Below are positions 53,152 through 64,000 of a stretch of 64,000 bases of DNA, piece by piece. Each line of letters starts with the position of its first letter. The stretch's first letter is position 1. Made by a program: the position numbers and the translations under genes. This DNA comes from Antedon mediterranea. Taxonomy: Eukaryota > Animalia > Echinodermata. The DNA is taken from NCBI RefSeq assembly GCF_964355755.1, contig NC_092679.1:3192201-3256200 (forward strand). The letters are read 5' to 3'. The notes under the pieces are model-generated. The model saw only the letters and a program-made list of their open reading frames with translations. It was not told the origin of the DNA and did no database searches.

Positions 53152-56100
53152 ATGGATTCTCTCAAAGATATGGATATAACGTCAGAGGAGGTGGAGAAGT
53201 TGCAAAAAGCATTAAAAGATGAAAAATTCCGAAAATTGTTCGTTGAATATGCAGAGGAAATCTCTAATCCGGAAAATCGTAAATTGTATGAAGAAGAGAT
53301 CACAAAAATGGAGGCCGCACGTGGAATGGATGCCCAGTTCATTTACCCCCAACCTGGATTTGTAGTAAAAACAAGCGTTGATGGTGATAAAAAAGCATTC
53401 ATTAATATTTGTAAAAATGATAAAATTGAGAAAGCTTCTTCGACCACTACGTATAGGACTAATTCTGACGGGGTCAAAACAAAAGGTAATCAGTGGTCAA
53501 TGCCCCATAGCATGTCGGAAGGAAGGGATGATGTCGATAAATCAGGAGGTGTTTGCAGAGTTTATGATGTTGTTTTTCACCCAGACACATTTGCAGCTGC
53601 AGAGAAAGAACCTCGTCTGAAACAAATGATGATTGATACAGCAGTTAATGGCATCGAAAACAAATTTAATGTTAAATTTGATAAACCAAATATCAAAGAA
53701 TTTAAAAAGTTAAAATTTAAAGGAACTCCAGTTGCAACAATTTTAAGAACTAACGTCAAGGGGGAAAAGGAACCAGCTAGAGTCGAGGATGGGGTGGATG
53801 CTTTAAATTTAAAATACCCGTATGACAATAAATGTAAATCGACTAAATCAAACAGCAAAAAACCTCAAAAAAATTATCAAAGCCTTCCCAAAAAAGATAC
53901 AAAATTAACGTACACTGTTCCAGAGTACAACATCATTCACCGGGGAGAATTTGACATGCAGAATTTCACAAATGCACCAGACTCTATGACCACCACAAGA
54001 CCGAAAGAACTTGTCGTTAAAATAAAACTACCTCTTCTCGAGTCTGCTGCCAACGTTGACCTTGAGGTCTTCGAACGGCAACTTATCATTGAAAGCGTTA
54101 AACCAGCTGCGTATAAATTAGACCTTGCGTTGCCATATCCCGTGAACGACGATGTAGGCAGCGCAAAGTTTGACAAGAGTAAACGATGTCTGGTGGTCAC
54201 ACTTCCAGTACTGCCATCACCAATCCCAGACATGCCGTCGTTTGAACCAGCAAAGACTGAACCATTGATCCAAGAACTGCCAAGTTCTACTCAAGAGAAA
54301 TTATTCCCAACAAAAATGGAAGAATCTAACGAGGGACATGAAAAAGAAATATTAGTTTTAGAAAAATCAAATTGCGAGGAAGACTTGATAAAAACCGAAG
54401 AAACATCGGAGACTATCGATAAAGTTGATAGTGTTGAAAACCAAAGATTAGCCGTGATTGGAAAGGAGAAGAATAAGGTATAAAGGTCCAAAGTTTGTAA
54501 CTTGGATTTTACAGCTTCTTCTGACTAGCTGCTCCATGTTGGATTTGCAATCCCATCCTCTCACAACACCCTCCTCCCCCTCTCACTTTTTTCAAGCAGT
54601 TTTTTGTCTACACAATCCTTAAAGATGTATTCTCCCCCCAAGAAAAATAAAGATTTAAAAAATCAGACTTTAAAGGCCATTTTGCAGTTTTAATAAAGTT
54701 ATTCACTTCTATAAAAAAAAAACCCAAAAAATTATTATTTCACTAATAGAAAAGGACAAACGAAACGGTTAATTTTAACCAAAAATCATTGTCTGACAGA
54801 CAATTTAAGTATTTTTTGCTTTGAATTACATTTTTTTCAGGTAAAACTTTTTTTCTTTTTCGATCCAGTTTTTGGTCAAAGTTAACTACTATTACGTGAC
54901 ATTAAAATGGCGTATTAAAAAAATGAAAAAAAAAATTGTTAGGGTGACAATATATCTTTAAATTTAGTGTAAATTCATTGACCCCAGATAACCTTGGCTA
55001 TATAAACCATTTTTAATGGATTAATAATTATCCTTGCAAACTCACCCAAGGGTGGAAGTACATGACCCTGTAGTTAATTCAAGTTTTAAAAAATACCTCT
55101 TTACATGAATGGTTTGAGCCAGTTAATAATAATATAGTTTTTACTGTCTACTGCATCACAAAAGCAAATTCATAAACTGGTTTATTCTGTGTAAATAGTG
55201 ATTTCTGGAAAAACAAATTTCATTTATTAAGTTTGTATGAGTCTGGAAATACATTCTGGAAAATTCAAAATTTGTTTTTCTGAGGGACTGCTTGTCTAAC
55301 ATGTTTCAATTGTTGGAAATATTTAGTACAACATTCACTTCAAAAGTGTGTATTCTTTTGTTTTATATTTTTATATAGACTTTATAATTATATATGTATA
55401 TAAGTACAACAGCATATACAGAATTTTTGTTTACATAATTTATTTATGTGAGTATACAGTGAGTGACAGTGTGTGTCTAAGAATATCTGATTGAACTTTG
55501 TACCGAGAGTGTTATTTATGTATTTTAGAGAACTATTGATTTGCACTTTGATGCATAAAGCATGGCGTAAAGAATAAGTAAATCGGTAACATTCAGAAAT
55601 ACTAACGCTTAAAGCCACATTTCCATGTATTTACATTATTTTGTTAATTGTAAATTTTATTGTACAATTTAAAAGCAATGCATACAGTAAGTGTCATTAA
55701 AATTAGACAGAGTGCTGCTTACCCTCCTCCCATTCTGAATCTACAATTAAAAGAATGATGAACTCACTGGATTGTGTTTAAACAAACGCTGTCAACCATT
55801 TTAATAGATTCTAAAAAAATAATGCACTTTTTTTCTGTGTTCAGGAGAAAAACCGTATTCCAGATTACCCAGCATTCACTTTTAAGCAGGACGATGATTT
55901 TGTTCATCTGGTTATCGATGCTTCTGGCGTCCAATCTGCAGATGTTTCGTACCAACTTCCAGCTCTTCAAGATGCCGTCAGCATTACAATAAACAACGCA
56001 GTCACTCCAGACGGCTTAGTTCAATACGCGATGCATCTTAAATTTACAAATGGTTGTACAATCAGTAAGGATGCATCTGTAGACGTCTCAACGGAGAATG

Positions 56101-57959
56101 TGGTCGTTGTTTTGGAGAAACAACCAAGTTGCAAAGGACTCTGGAAAATGTTTTTGGCTGGAATTGACGAAAATTCCTTGCAGGTAAATGGAAACTTGAC
56201 ACATGGTAGCAGTTTCTGTATTTACCCTATTCAGACTAGCAATATTATTATGATCATTTTTTAAATAATATTAATTAAAAAACACATTTTGAGACCCAAT
56301 AAAATGTCCCCTTTTTAAAATGGGTTTTCCCTGAATAGAGGTTGATTGTTTGTAGTGTTTTTTAGCACAAATCTTCGCCTTAATAATGTTGTCTATTGTA
56401 TTGTATTAGATTTTAATAAATAAAATTATTTATGTTTGTAGGAAAAGAAATTTATCACTGAAGAAAATGTGAAAACCGTGTTTGACGTAGAAAGTCGGAG
56501 CAGAGTGTTTGAGGATTGTACTAGTGATGTGAAGTTTAATGTCACCAGATTGAATGCGGATGAAATGCATGTCAAAGTCAATGTAAGTCTGTTATTATCA
56601 ATAATGTAATCTATCTATCATAATCAATATATTGGTTCAATAATCAATCGTTCAATATAGTAAATCTAATCTTTCAGTTCTTGTCGATTTTTTTCTCCGT
56701 ATATCAAGTCAATTTAAATATCTCTTTTAAAAAAAAATGAAAATAAAATATGCTTGTATCATGTGATTTGATTTATTTTGATACTATACAAGTACCAGAC
56801 ATAGCCCCTCTAAATTCCGAGAAGGGGATTTTCATCCTCGGGGCTTCCCAATCCAATAACTGATAGATAAGCTACAGATCTATAGCATGAATCTGCCCAC
56901 ATTTGTAGGAAAGAGCTAATTGTTTTATATATATTTTTGTAGTTAATTGATACAGATTCTAATGAAAAACATGAAAAGAAAGATGAAAAAGTGGAAAATA
57001 TTACAGAAGGTGCCGTAGTTGATGGTAAAGGTGACTTAACTGCTCAAGAGGATTCCATGACCAAGTCTGAATATGACACATCAGTGGATGCATGGAAGAA
57101 TCTAGACTTGGATGGATGCAACGGGAGCTCATCTCCACCATCGACGCCAACGTCGCCCTCTAACTTAAAAAGCCTTCTTAGAAGGAACCGCAGACGAGCT
57201 CATAAATCGGTAAGCTTCTGCGAAGAGGTCGAGGTTGAGACGCTTGTAAAGAAGGGCAAAGGTAAAAAGGGGCAGCAACCTAAAATGAGGCGGGCTTTGT
57301 CCTACGAGAGGATCAAAGACAACTCGTGGAATTCTTACAGCGATTCCGAGTTTGTGTTAAACTCTGACAACATCAAAGTGAACATTCTAAAAGCGAGAGA
57401 AACAGGTCATAACAAAAGAAGGAATCGGAGAGCTCAGAAATATAATCTTGCTAGAAGCAGTGACTCGGAACTGGTTGACGGAAAAGGGGAATCTCCAAGA
57501 GAGAGGCCAAAGGTCAAGTTGTCTAAGAAACAAATGAGAAGGCAGAGAAAGTTGATTAATAAGAACAGTAAGGTTAATGAGAGTGCTAGCGATCGATCAG
57601 AAACTTCTGAGGAAGAGACTTCTGGTAACGGAAAAGAGACTGGTAACAGTATGACGGAACCATCAGAAACTTCTGAGGAAGAAAGTTCTGGCAGTGGGAA
57701 AGAATTCGGCGAAGAAGACACTTCTGGTATGACGAGTAAAGAGTTTGGTGGAGATGATGGTGCTTTAGAGGTTTTTGAGAATGGCGCAAGTGCAGATTCG
57801 GAGCCAAAACACAATAACAATAATGTAGAAAAAACGAAAAGCAAAGAATTTCTTGAAGAAGAAGATGACAAAAATGAAGACAAACCTCTTGAACTTCAAA
57901 ATCATAACACTACAAGTGCTGTCAGCTTTTCAAATGTTTTAATTCATGAATTGGATTAA
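53152..57959 (+). CDS. DNAAF2: Dynein axonemal assembly factor 2 / protein kintoun (PIH1 and CS domains), about 940 aa
   Basis: Exons 53152-54477, 55845-56183, 56442-56582 and 56943-57959 (all phase 0, acaaaATG). Motifs FRKLFVEYAEEISNPENRKLYEEEI, PQPGFVVKT..KAFINIC, VYDVVFHP, LPYPVNDDVGSAKFDK and terminal FSNVLIHELD*. Confidence 0.95.
54623..54957. mobile_element. TTAA-flanked Kolobok-like MITE in DNAAF2 intron 1
   Basis: ttaa-agatgtattctccccc ... gggtgacaatatatct-ttaa. Confidence 0.75.
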
Positions 57960-58541
57960 AAGAGATATTAAGTTTATTCATTTATGTATAGTTTGTCATG
58001 AAGAGAGTAGAGTTGTAAGAGTATACCTTACAGAAAACATTGAATAAAATGGTAACTTCAATCGTATGTATAATTTGACCTTTTCAAAAATACACTATTT
58101 TGTGCCTGATAAATTTATTTAGAAAACTATAATATTATGTTTGTCAATATTATCCTGTACTGTAATAAATACTGTGCTGTCCCATGTACTGTTAAATATT
58201 AAATATTTTTTTAGATTTATGCATTAAGCATTACTAAGTAATAGTAATTGTGTTATTTTGATTAAATTAATTTATTTGTTAAATATAAAATTGCATTTAA
58301 CATATATTTCTGTTTTCTCATTTAATGTTTAAATTCAACTATGTGTATATTTCTTTATTGTATAGTATTATTTTCCTGAAATTTAATTTCGTAAAATAGA
58401 GATCTCTGTTTAAAAGCTTTAAAATGAATGGTTGACTACTTTATATCTTTTATCATAAGTGTCTTTTCAATTCCGTATTAATTGTACTAACCTTAATTCC
58501 GCAGTGCCTCAATTTTAGTTAAGTGCAGGCATCGTTAGCTT

Positions 58542-58555
58542 GTTGCCTTGGAAAC
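58542..58555. promoter_or_regulatory. Candidate RFX X-box between DNAAF2 and HSP90
   Basis: gttgccttggaaac, a near-consensus 14-bp X-box. Confidence 0.45.
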
Positions 58556-59175
58556 ATCTGTTACCTTACAAACAAATTATCATTTGTTATAAAATTCATA
58601 TTTTAAAGTTTAAAGAAATTTGGGATTGTTTATCAATTTTGAAGCACCTTTGAAATAATTTTTGTAGATTTTTAATGAAAAATCTGAATAATATGTTATT
58701 AAAATGTATTTGATCTGCAAATTGGCAGGAAAACCTGTTTGATGGTCTTTTTTCCGTTTTGTAAGTTTTGAGACCAACTATGTTGGTAATACTATAAATC
58801 CTTCGTGTGAGGGAGATTTTTTAAATTGTGTAAACTATTAAAAAAATTAAAATTTGCGTTCTGTGATTCCAAAGGCATTGTACTTCAATTTCAAGAATAC
58901 AATGTAAAACTTCTACCACCAATTAAGCTAGTACTGCATGGAAGTTCTATGTTTCCAATACTATGGCAATACTGACGGCCACCGTCATCGTCCTCCTCAG
59001 CAGCTGCTCCCCTCCCTCTCCCCCCTCCCCAAAAAAGAAGGATCGAATGGTTTTTATCAAAGAGTTCTTTGTTTTTATTTGAGGGCTATCGTGTGCTATA
59101 TACTAGTCTTATTAAGACAGTGCGTTCTTGGGAAAAGTTGACGTGTATTTGTTAAACAATGGGACTATAACAATC

Positions 59176-59187
59176 GGGGAATTCCCC
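59176..59187. promoter_or_regulatory. Palindromic NF-kappaB-type site upstream of HSP90
   Basis: ggggaattcccc. Confidence 0.45.
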
Positions 59188-59620
59188 AGTGTTATAAACG
59201 TAACGTATACGTACTTCATAGAAAAAGCCTGAGTCCCCGGTGTATAGGTCATGACTTCTTTCTGTTAGCCCTACTGAACTATTCTATGTTTTTTCCCTCT
59301 TACAAAATTGAGGCCGTTCCTATTTTGCGTAAATAAAATTAAAACTCATTATAAAAAAAAGTTTTCGCACTGTAGGCCTATATTTAGTAGGAGAAGAGCG
59401 CATGCTTTTAGACCAGAGAGAACTTTATTTCGGTTCGCATTTCTTTGTCTAATTTGTTTGTTTAATATATACGTTGCCTAAGGTAAAAGAAAAAAAAAGT
59501 TGGATTTTCCAGTGCGGTTAGTTAACAATAAACATGTTATTTTTAAGTAATCAGATAAGAAAACAAATTAACGTTATTCCCATCATGCTAAGCGCAGCGT
59601 GTTCCGGTTGGCAATTTACT

Positions 59621-59635
59621 AGAAACTTCCAGAAA
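59621..59635. promoter_or_regulatory. Heat-shock element
   Basis: aGAAa-cTTCc-aGAAa, three perfect alternating nGAAn units about 320 bp upstream of the HSP90 leader exon. A second, weaker HSE (gGAAa-aTTCt-cGAtc) lies at 59882-59896. Confidence 0.8.
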
Positions 59636-59943
59636 ACATTGTATTACCGCAGAACTATTTCGCGGATTTTACTTTTAATTAGGTGAAAAGTAATATATTG
59701 CCAGTTATTTTTTATGATTTCAATTCAGATAGACTATATATAAAATGTATTTATAATAAGGAAAAACAAATTTGTAAATAAATATAGTTAACATCTAATA
59801 AATGTACCCAGAGTAATAATATACAAATGTTAGCGTCCTCATGAATATTCATTACATGGTTTTTCTTTTGTCGCAGCACCGGGAAAATTCTCGATCACTT
59901 CGTTTGGTCACCCCGGTCTTTTAAATTCGGCGAGATATCGCAA

Positions 59944-59986
59944 TCACTACTCATTTTCACACAAAAGGCAAACAGAACTAATAAAC
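59944..59986 (+). other. Non-coding first exon of HSP90 (start approximate)
   Basis: ttttaaa TATA-like box near 59920, Inr-like tcact/tcatt, gtaagt donor at 59987 and an acceptor at 60320 just before the ATG, as is typical of animal cytosolic HSP90 genes. Confidence 0.65.
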
Positions 59987-60327
59987 GTAAGTATTCCGAA
60001 TTAAACTTGACACTTTTTGTAAATACATTCCGTGCTATACGGATTTGGTCTTTTAGGCCGCTTTAAAATCTTATTTTCGAATGTACGACCGAGTTTGGAG
60101 TGTATGTTGAGCACATGGCAATTAAGGCCATTTATATACTGTGTATAGTGTGGGGACCACCGGGAAAGGACGCTTTCTTCCTCGTGGTGTGTCCGCCGGG
60201 CACACAAGTGGTATTTTAAAAACGCACAGCTAGGCCTAGAATGGGTTCAATGTTATGCGATATATACTAGGGCCTAGAAGTAGGAGGGTAATAATAATAA
60301 TTTTAATTTTATTTATCTAGGCAAAAA

Positions 60328-63300
60328 ATGGCTGAAACAACAGAAAATGTACAACCAATGGAAGAGGATGCTGAAGTAGAGACCTTTGCATTCCAGGCAG
60401 AAATTGCACAATTGATGAGCTTAATCATCAACACTTTCTACTCAAACAAAGAAATCTTTCTCCGAGAACTGATCTCCAACTCATCTGATGTAAGTATGGG
60501 CTTGTTAATTTCCTGGTTTCACAAACAAATTTGAACGACGCGCCCATCCATGACGACCACAAACTTGTCTGTGTTGTATAACAAAATGATTTGATTTATA
60601 TTTATTACATCCTAGGCCTATACTGCCTACCCATATAAACTAAACTACCAAAATTACCAATTTTCAATCAATTCAATTTATCATTTGTTTTTAGGCCCTT
60701 GACAAAATCAGATATGAAAGCCTTACAGACCCAAGCAAGTTGGACAACGAAAAGAATCTCAACATCCGAATTATTCCCGACGTTGCCGGCAAAACGCTGA
60801 CCATCCAAGACACTGGAATTGGAATGACCAAAGCTGACCTCATCAACAACCTCGGAACAATTGCCAAGAGTGGAACTAAGGCTTTTATGGAAGCTCTTCA
60901 GGTAATTTAAAGTGTTCAAGATGATATAAATCTGCTTTACAATATTAAAGATGTATTGTCCCCCAAAAAAATAAAAAATGAAGATTAATAAAACCAGACT
61001 TTGACTATGCCATTTTGTAGTTTTAACAAAGAAAGAAAAAATAGAACAAAATAATGTTTTCTCATAAAATTCCTAAAAATCCATTGGCTGGCAGCCAATT
61101 TGACCATTTTTAATCTTTAAATTACAGTTTTTTAGGTAAATACATTGTTTTTTTATTCAATCTTTGTTCAAAGTGGATAACTATTATTCAACAACAAAAA
61201 TTTAGAAAAATATTTTTTTCGGGAGACAATACATCTTTAAAAGTTAAAAAACAACTAGTATACAAGGAGTGGGAGTGGAGTTGTGGTCTGGTGGTTATGA
61301 TGCTTGGCTGCCAGTCCAAGGGTCCTGGGTTCAAGTCCCGTCATATGTCTGGATTTTTCCTAATGACAATTTACAACTCCACTCCCAAAGACTTGTAATA
61401 AGACTTTGTTAATGTAGAGCATTGTGTGTATATGTTTGTCTTGTGAACTGGATTGCCACCTCTAAGAAGGATAGTGAATGAATTCGCTTATGGTTATCCT
61501 TGGCAATTTGCCTAAATATATAAAAAAAGAAAAAGAAAAAACAAGATTGTGTATTAAAAAATAATTTATCTGCACATATTAGGCTGGTGCAGACATCTCT
61601 ATGATTGGTCAATTCGGCGTTGGTTTTTATTCGGCTTATTTGGTAGCAGACAAAGTGGTAGTCACCTCCAAGCATAACGATGATGAGTGCTACACTTGGG
61701 AGTCCTCAGCTGGTGGTTCCTTTACCATCAGAACATGTTCAGGTAAGCATGACGTTGCCCCTTGAAGGCCACAAAATATTCCACAAAAACTGGTTTCTTT
61801 ATTACTGTCCCATGGTGGTTGGTAATTACCATACATAGTCCTTAGGGTATGAAATTTATGGAATTGATTGTGCTTGGTTATACAGTATGGCATAGGTTTT
61901 TTCTTTTCTACGCATCCAACAGCGAGTAACTCGCCAATTGCAGGGTGGATATTATTTATAATTTGTCAGCTTATAAAGTCTCATTTGAGGCTTAGTGTCT
62001 AAAAAGTCATTTACAACCCTGGCACTAGGTCTGGATTGAGCCCCGGACCTTAGTATTGGAAGTTAAGCATGTTAACCACCAAGCTACAGCTCCACTATAG
62101 CTGTTGCTTTACCATAAAGGACGTGGTATGTAAAATATAAACTTTTGATTTTTTTTTCTCTGAACAAACAGATGAAACTGTGAAAAGAGGAACACAGATT
62201 GTTTTGCACTTCAAGGAAGACCAGGCCGAGTATCTAGAGGAAAAGAAAGTCAAAGAGGTTGTCAAGAAACACAGTCAGTTCATTGGATATCCAATCATCC
62301 TACAAGTGAGTGTACATTCTGATGACCCAGCCACTTTCTTAGTTTAGTTTAAAGGCTAGAGCGATAACGATCGACTATAAATTGATATGCATTTTTCATA
62401 CCTGAAACAAGAAATGAAAACATTTTCTTCCTAGAAGAATAGGATAACCATCTATGCTGCCGTTGATAGAAATAATATTTTCACACATCCAATCAAATCG
62501 CGTCATGATTGGTAAGAGCAATAATGTTGTGACAAAACCATTTTATTGTTTTTATTAATCATGTCATGGATTTTTTAGAATATCATTTTATCAAAGACAG
62601 CATAAATGATTATCCTATAGTTAAAAAAACACAACACTTTCTAATTTCTATTGTTTTATGCAAGAAAAATATTTCAAATAGCTAATCACTTTTTGTTTTG
62701 ATTTCAGTGTGAACGAACAAGAGACAAGGAAGTCAGTGATGATGAAGAGGAGGAAGAGGAAGAAGAAAAGAAAGATGAGGAACAGGAAGAAGACAAGGAT
62801 AAACCAAAAATTGAGGATGTTGATGAAGATGAAGAGGAAGAAAAGAAGAAGGAAAAAAAGAAGAAAACTATCAAGGTAAAGATTTTCTAAAAACCCAATT
62901 ATTCCACGATTTTATTTTTGGGATATACGGTAGTATCCTACTAGAGACGCAACGCAATGACGCAATACAACTTAAAGGATTTGACCAATCACAAATGATG
63001 GATTATATTTGAACTGTCCCTTGTCATTGGTCAACTTGCTTGCGTTGTGTCTAGGTCCTTGCGTCCAAGTAGTAACCAAGCTTTAGGGTCATCTCTATTT
63101 AGGGGAAACTTTGTTAAACTTTTACTTTATATATATATCAAAAGTATTCAATTGACTTAGATACAAAATACCTCGCATGTCTATGTAGCAGTGCTTGCTT
63201 GGCCAGCAAGTTAACTTTTAAGTATTTTTTTGGATATTGCAGGAAAACTATGTAGAAGACGAGGAATTAAACAAGACCAAACCACTGTGGACACGCAACC

Positions 63301-63762
63301 CAGAAGACATCAGCACAGAAGAGTACGGTGAATTCTACAAGAGCCTCACCAATGACTGGGAAGATCATCTTGCTGTTAAGGTATGAATACTTGATTGCAA
63401 GTTATTGTTCATCTTCTACGTAGACCAATGGTTACTGCTTTACTGTACTCTCCAATGAATTGGTTGTACCAAGGCATTCTAACAACAGGATGCTGAGCTC
63501 TGGAGATCAAAGTGTTTATCTGTGGCTGCGACATGATCAGTTTTATGCCCCTTAACAGACACTAACGGAACTAATATTCATTTGTTTAAATTCCAGCATT
63601 TCTCAGTTGAGGGACAACTTGAATTCCGAGCACTCTTGTTTGTACCGAAGAGGGCGCCATTTGATTTATTCGAGAACAAGAAAAAGAAGAATAACATCAA
63701 ATTGTACGTCAGACGTGTGTTTATCATGGACAACTGTGAAGAGATCATGCCAGAGTATCTTA
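60328..63762 (+). CDS. HSP90: Cytosolic heat shock protein 90 (5' part; continues beyond the window)
   Basis: Coding exons 60328-60489, 60695-60901, 61583-61742, 62172-62305, 62708-62875, 63243-63380 and 63597-63762. Signatures [46 protein letters not shown] and [10 protein letters not shown]. Confidence 0.98.
60949..61236. mobile_element. TTAA-flanked Kolobok-like MITE in HSP90 intron
   Basis: ttaa-agatgtattgtcccc ... gggagacaatacatct-ttaa. Confidence 0.8.
61261..61397 (+). mobile_element. tRNA-derived SINE-like repeat
   Basis: A-box tggtctggtgg and B-box gggttcaagtccc at tRNA spacing; lacks a proper acceptor stem. Confidence 0.6.
61905..62093 (-). mobile_element. tRNA-derived SINE
   Basis: Minus strand tggagctgtagcttggtggttaacatgcttaacttccaatactaaggtccggggctcaatccagacctagtg..., with body shared with 1025-1150. 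Confidence 0.65.
62930..63082. mobile_element. Palindromic MITE (AGCTTGGTTCCCACTAG family) in HSP90 intron
   Basis: actagagacgcaacgcaa...ccaatcacaaatgatggatta...cttgtcattggtcaac...aaccaagct. Confidence 0.7.
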
Positions 63763-64000
63763 GTAAGTAGATTAAAGACGTCTTAAAATAAGTAGCAAAA
63801 TGGTTCTTGATGTGATAGTCCCTCTTGCTGCTTGAATGAAGCTATACTAGAATATAGAGCTCAGGTGATAGAAACACGCCCCTGTAACTCTCCCTGTAAT
63901 AAAAATATAGAATATATGTTAATAATAATATCTATGACCGTGGAGCGCACGGACAGTTTCACTCAGGATAGATAGATTCTATGTGGGACAAGCTACATGG

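Noticed and set aside
53145-57883. Several minus-strand ORFs over DNAAF2
   Set aside because: Antisense shadows of a real coding sequence.
61271-61350. Functional tRNA gene
   Set aside because: A and B boxes are present but there is no acceptor stem, and related diverged copies elsewhere indicate a SINE.
62323-62405. C/D box snoRNA (ctgatga ... ctga) in HSP90 intron
   Set aside because: Imperfect C box very close to the donor, no terminal stem and no recognisable rRNA guide.

Overview
AT-rich, intron-containing animal genomic DNA; an invertebrate deuterostome such as an echinoderm is my inference from intron positions and gene linkage. Six recognisable + strand genes were assembled by hand from GT-AG exons: the 3' end of GCH1, PSMA3, a short SAMD15, ACBD3/GCP60, DNAAF2/kintoun and the 5' part of cytosolic HSP90. 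Four things stand out. (1) A 12,981-bp foldback transposon (40043-53023) has a perfect 9-bp target-site duplication, and its two inverted arms consist almost entirely of about 70 copies of a 182-bp satellite. It has essentially no spacer and sits about 130 bp upstream of the DNAAF2 start codon. (2) A tandem duplication carries two copies of a three-exon gene, missed by the ORF track, that encodes a secreted precursor with an inhibitor-cystine-knot (C-C-CC-C-C) peptide; the first two loops have diverged sharply between copies. (3) At least eight 22-33 bp CATGGA...TCCATG mini-palindromes with 7-bp flanking duplications look like P-element-type excision footprints. (4) Two acidic orphan genes lie on the minus strand. 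There are also many Harbinger-, Kolobok- and hAT-like MITEs, tRNA-derived SINEs and LINE fragments. All alignments were done by eye and no database searches were run.
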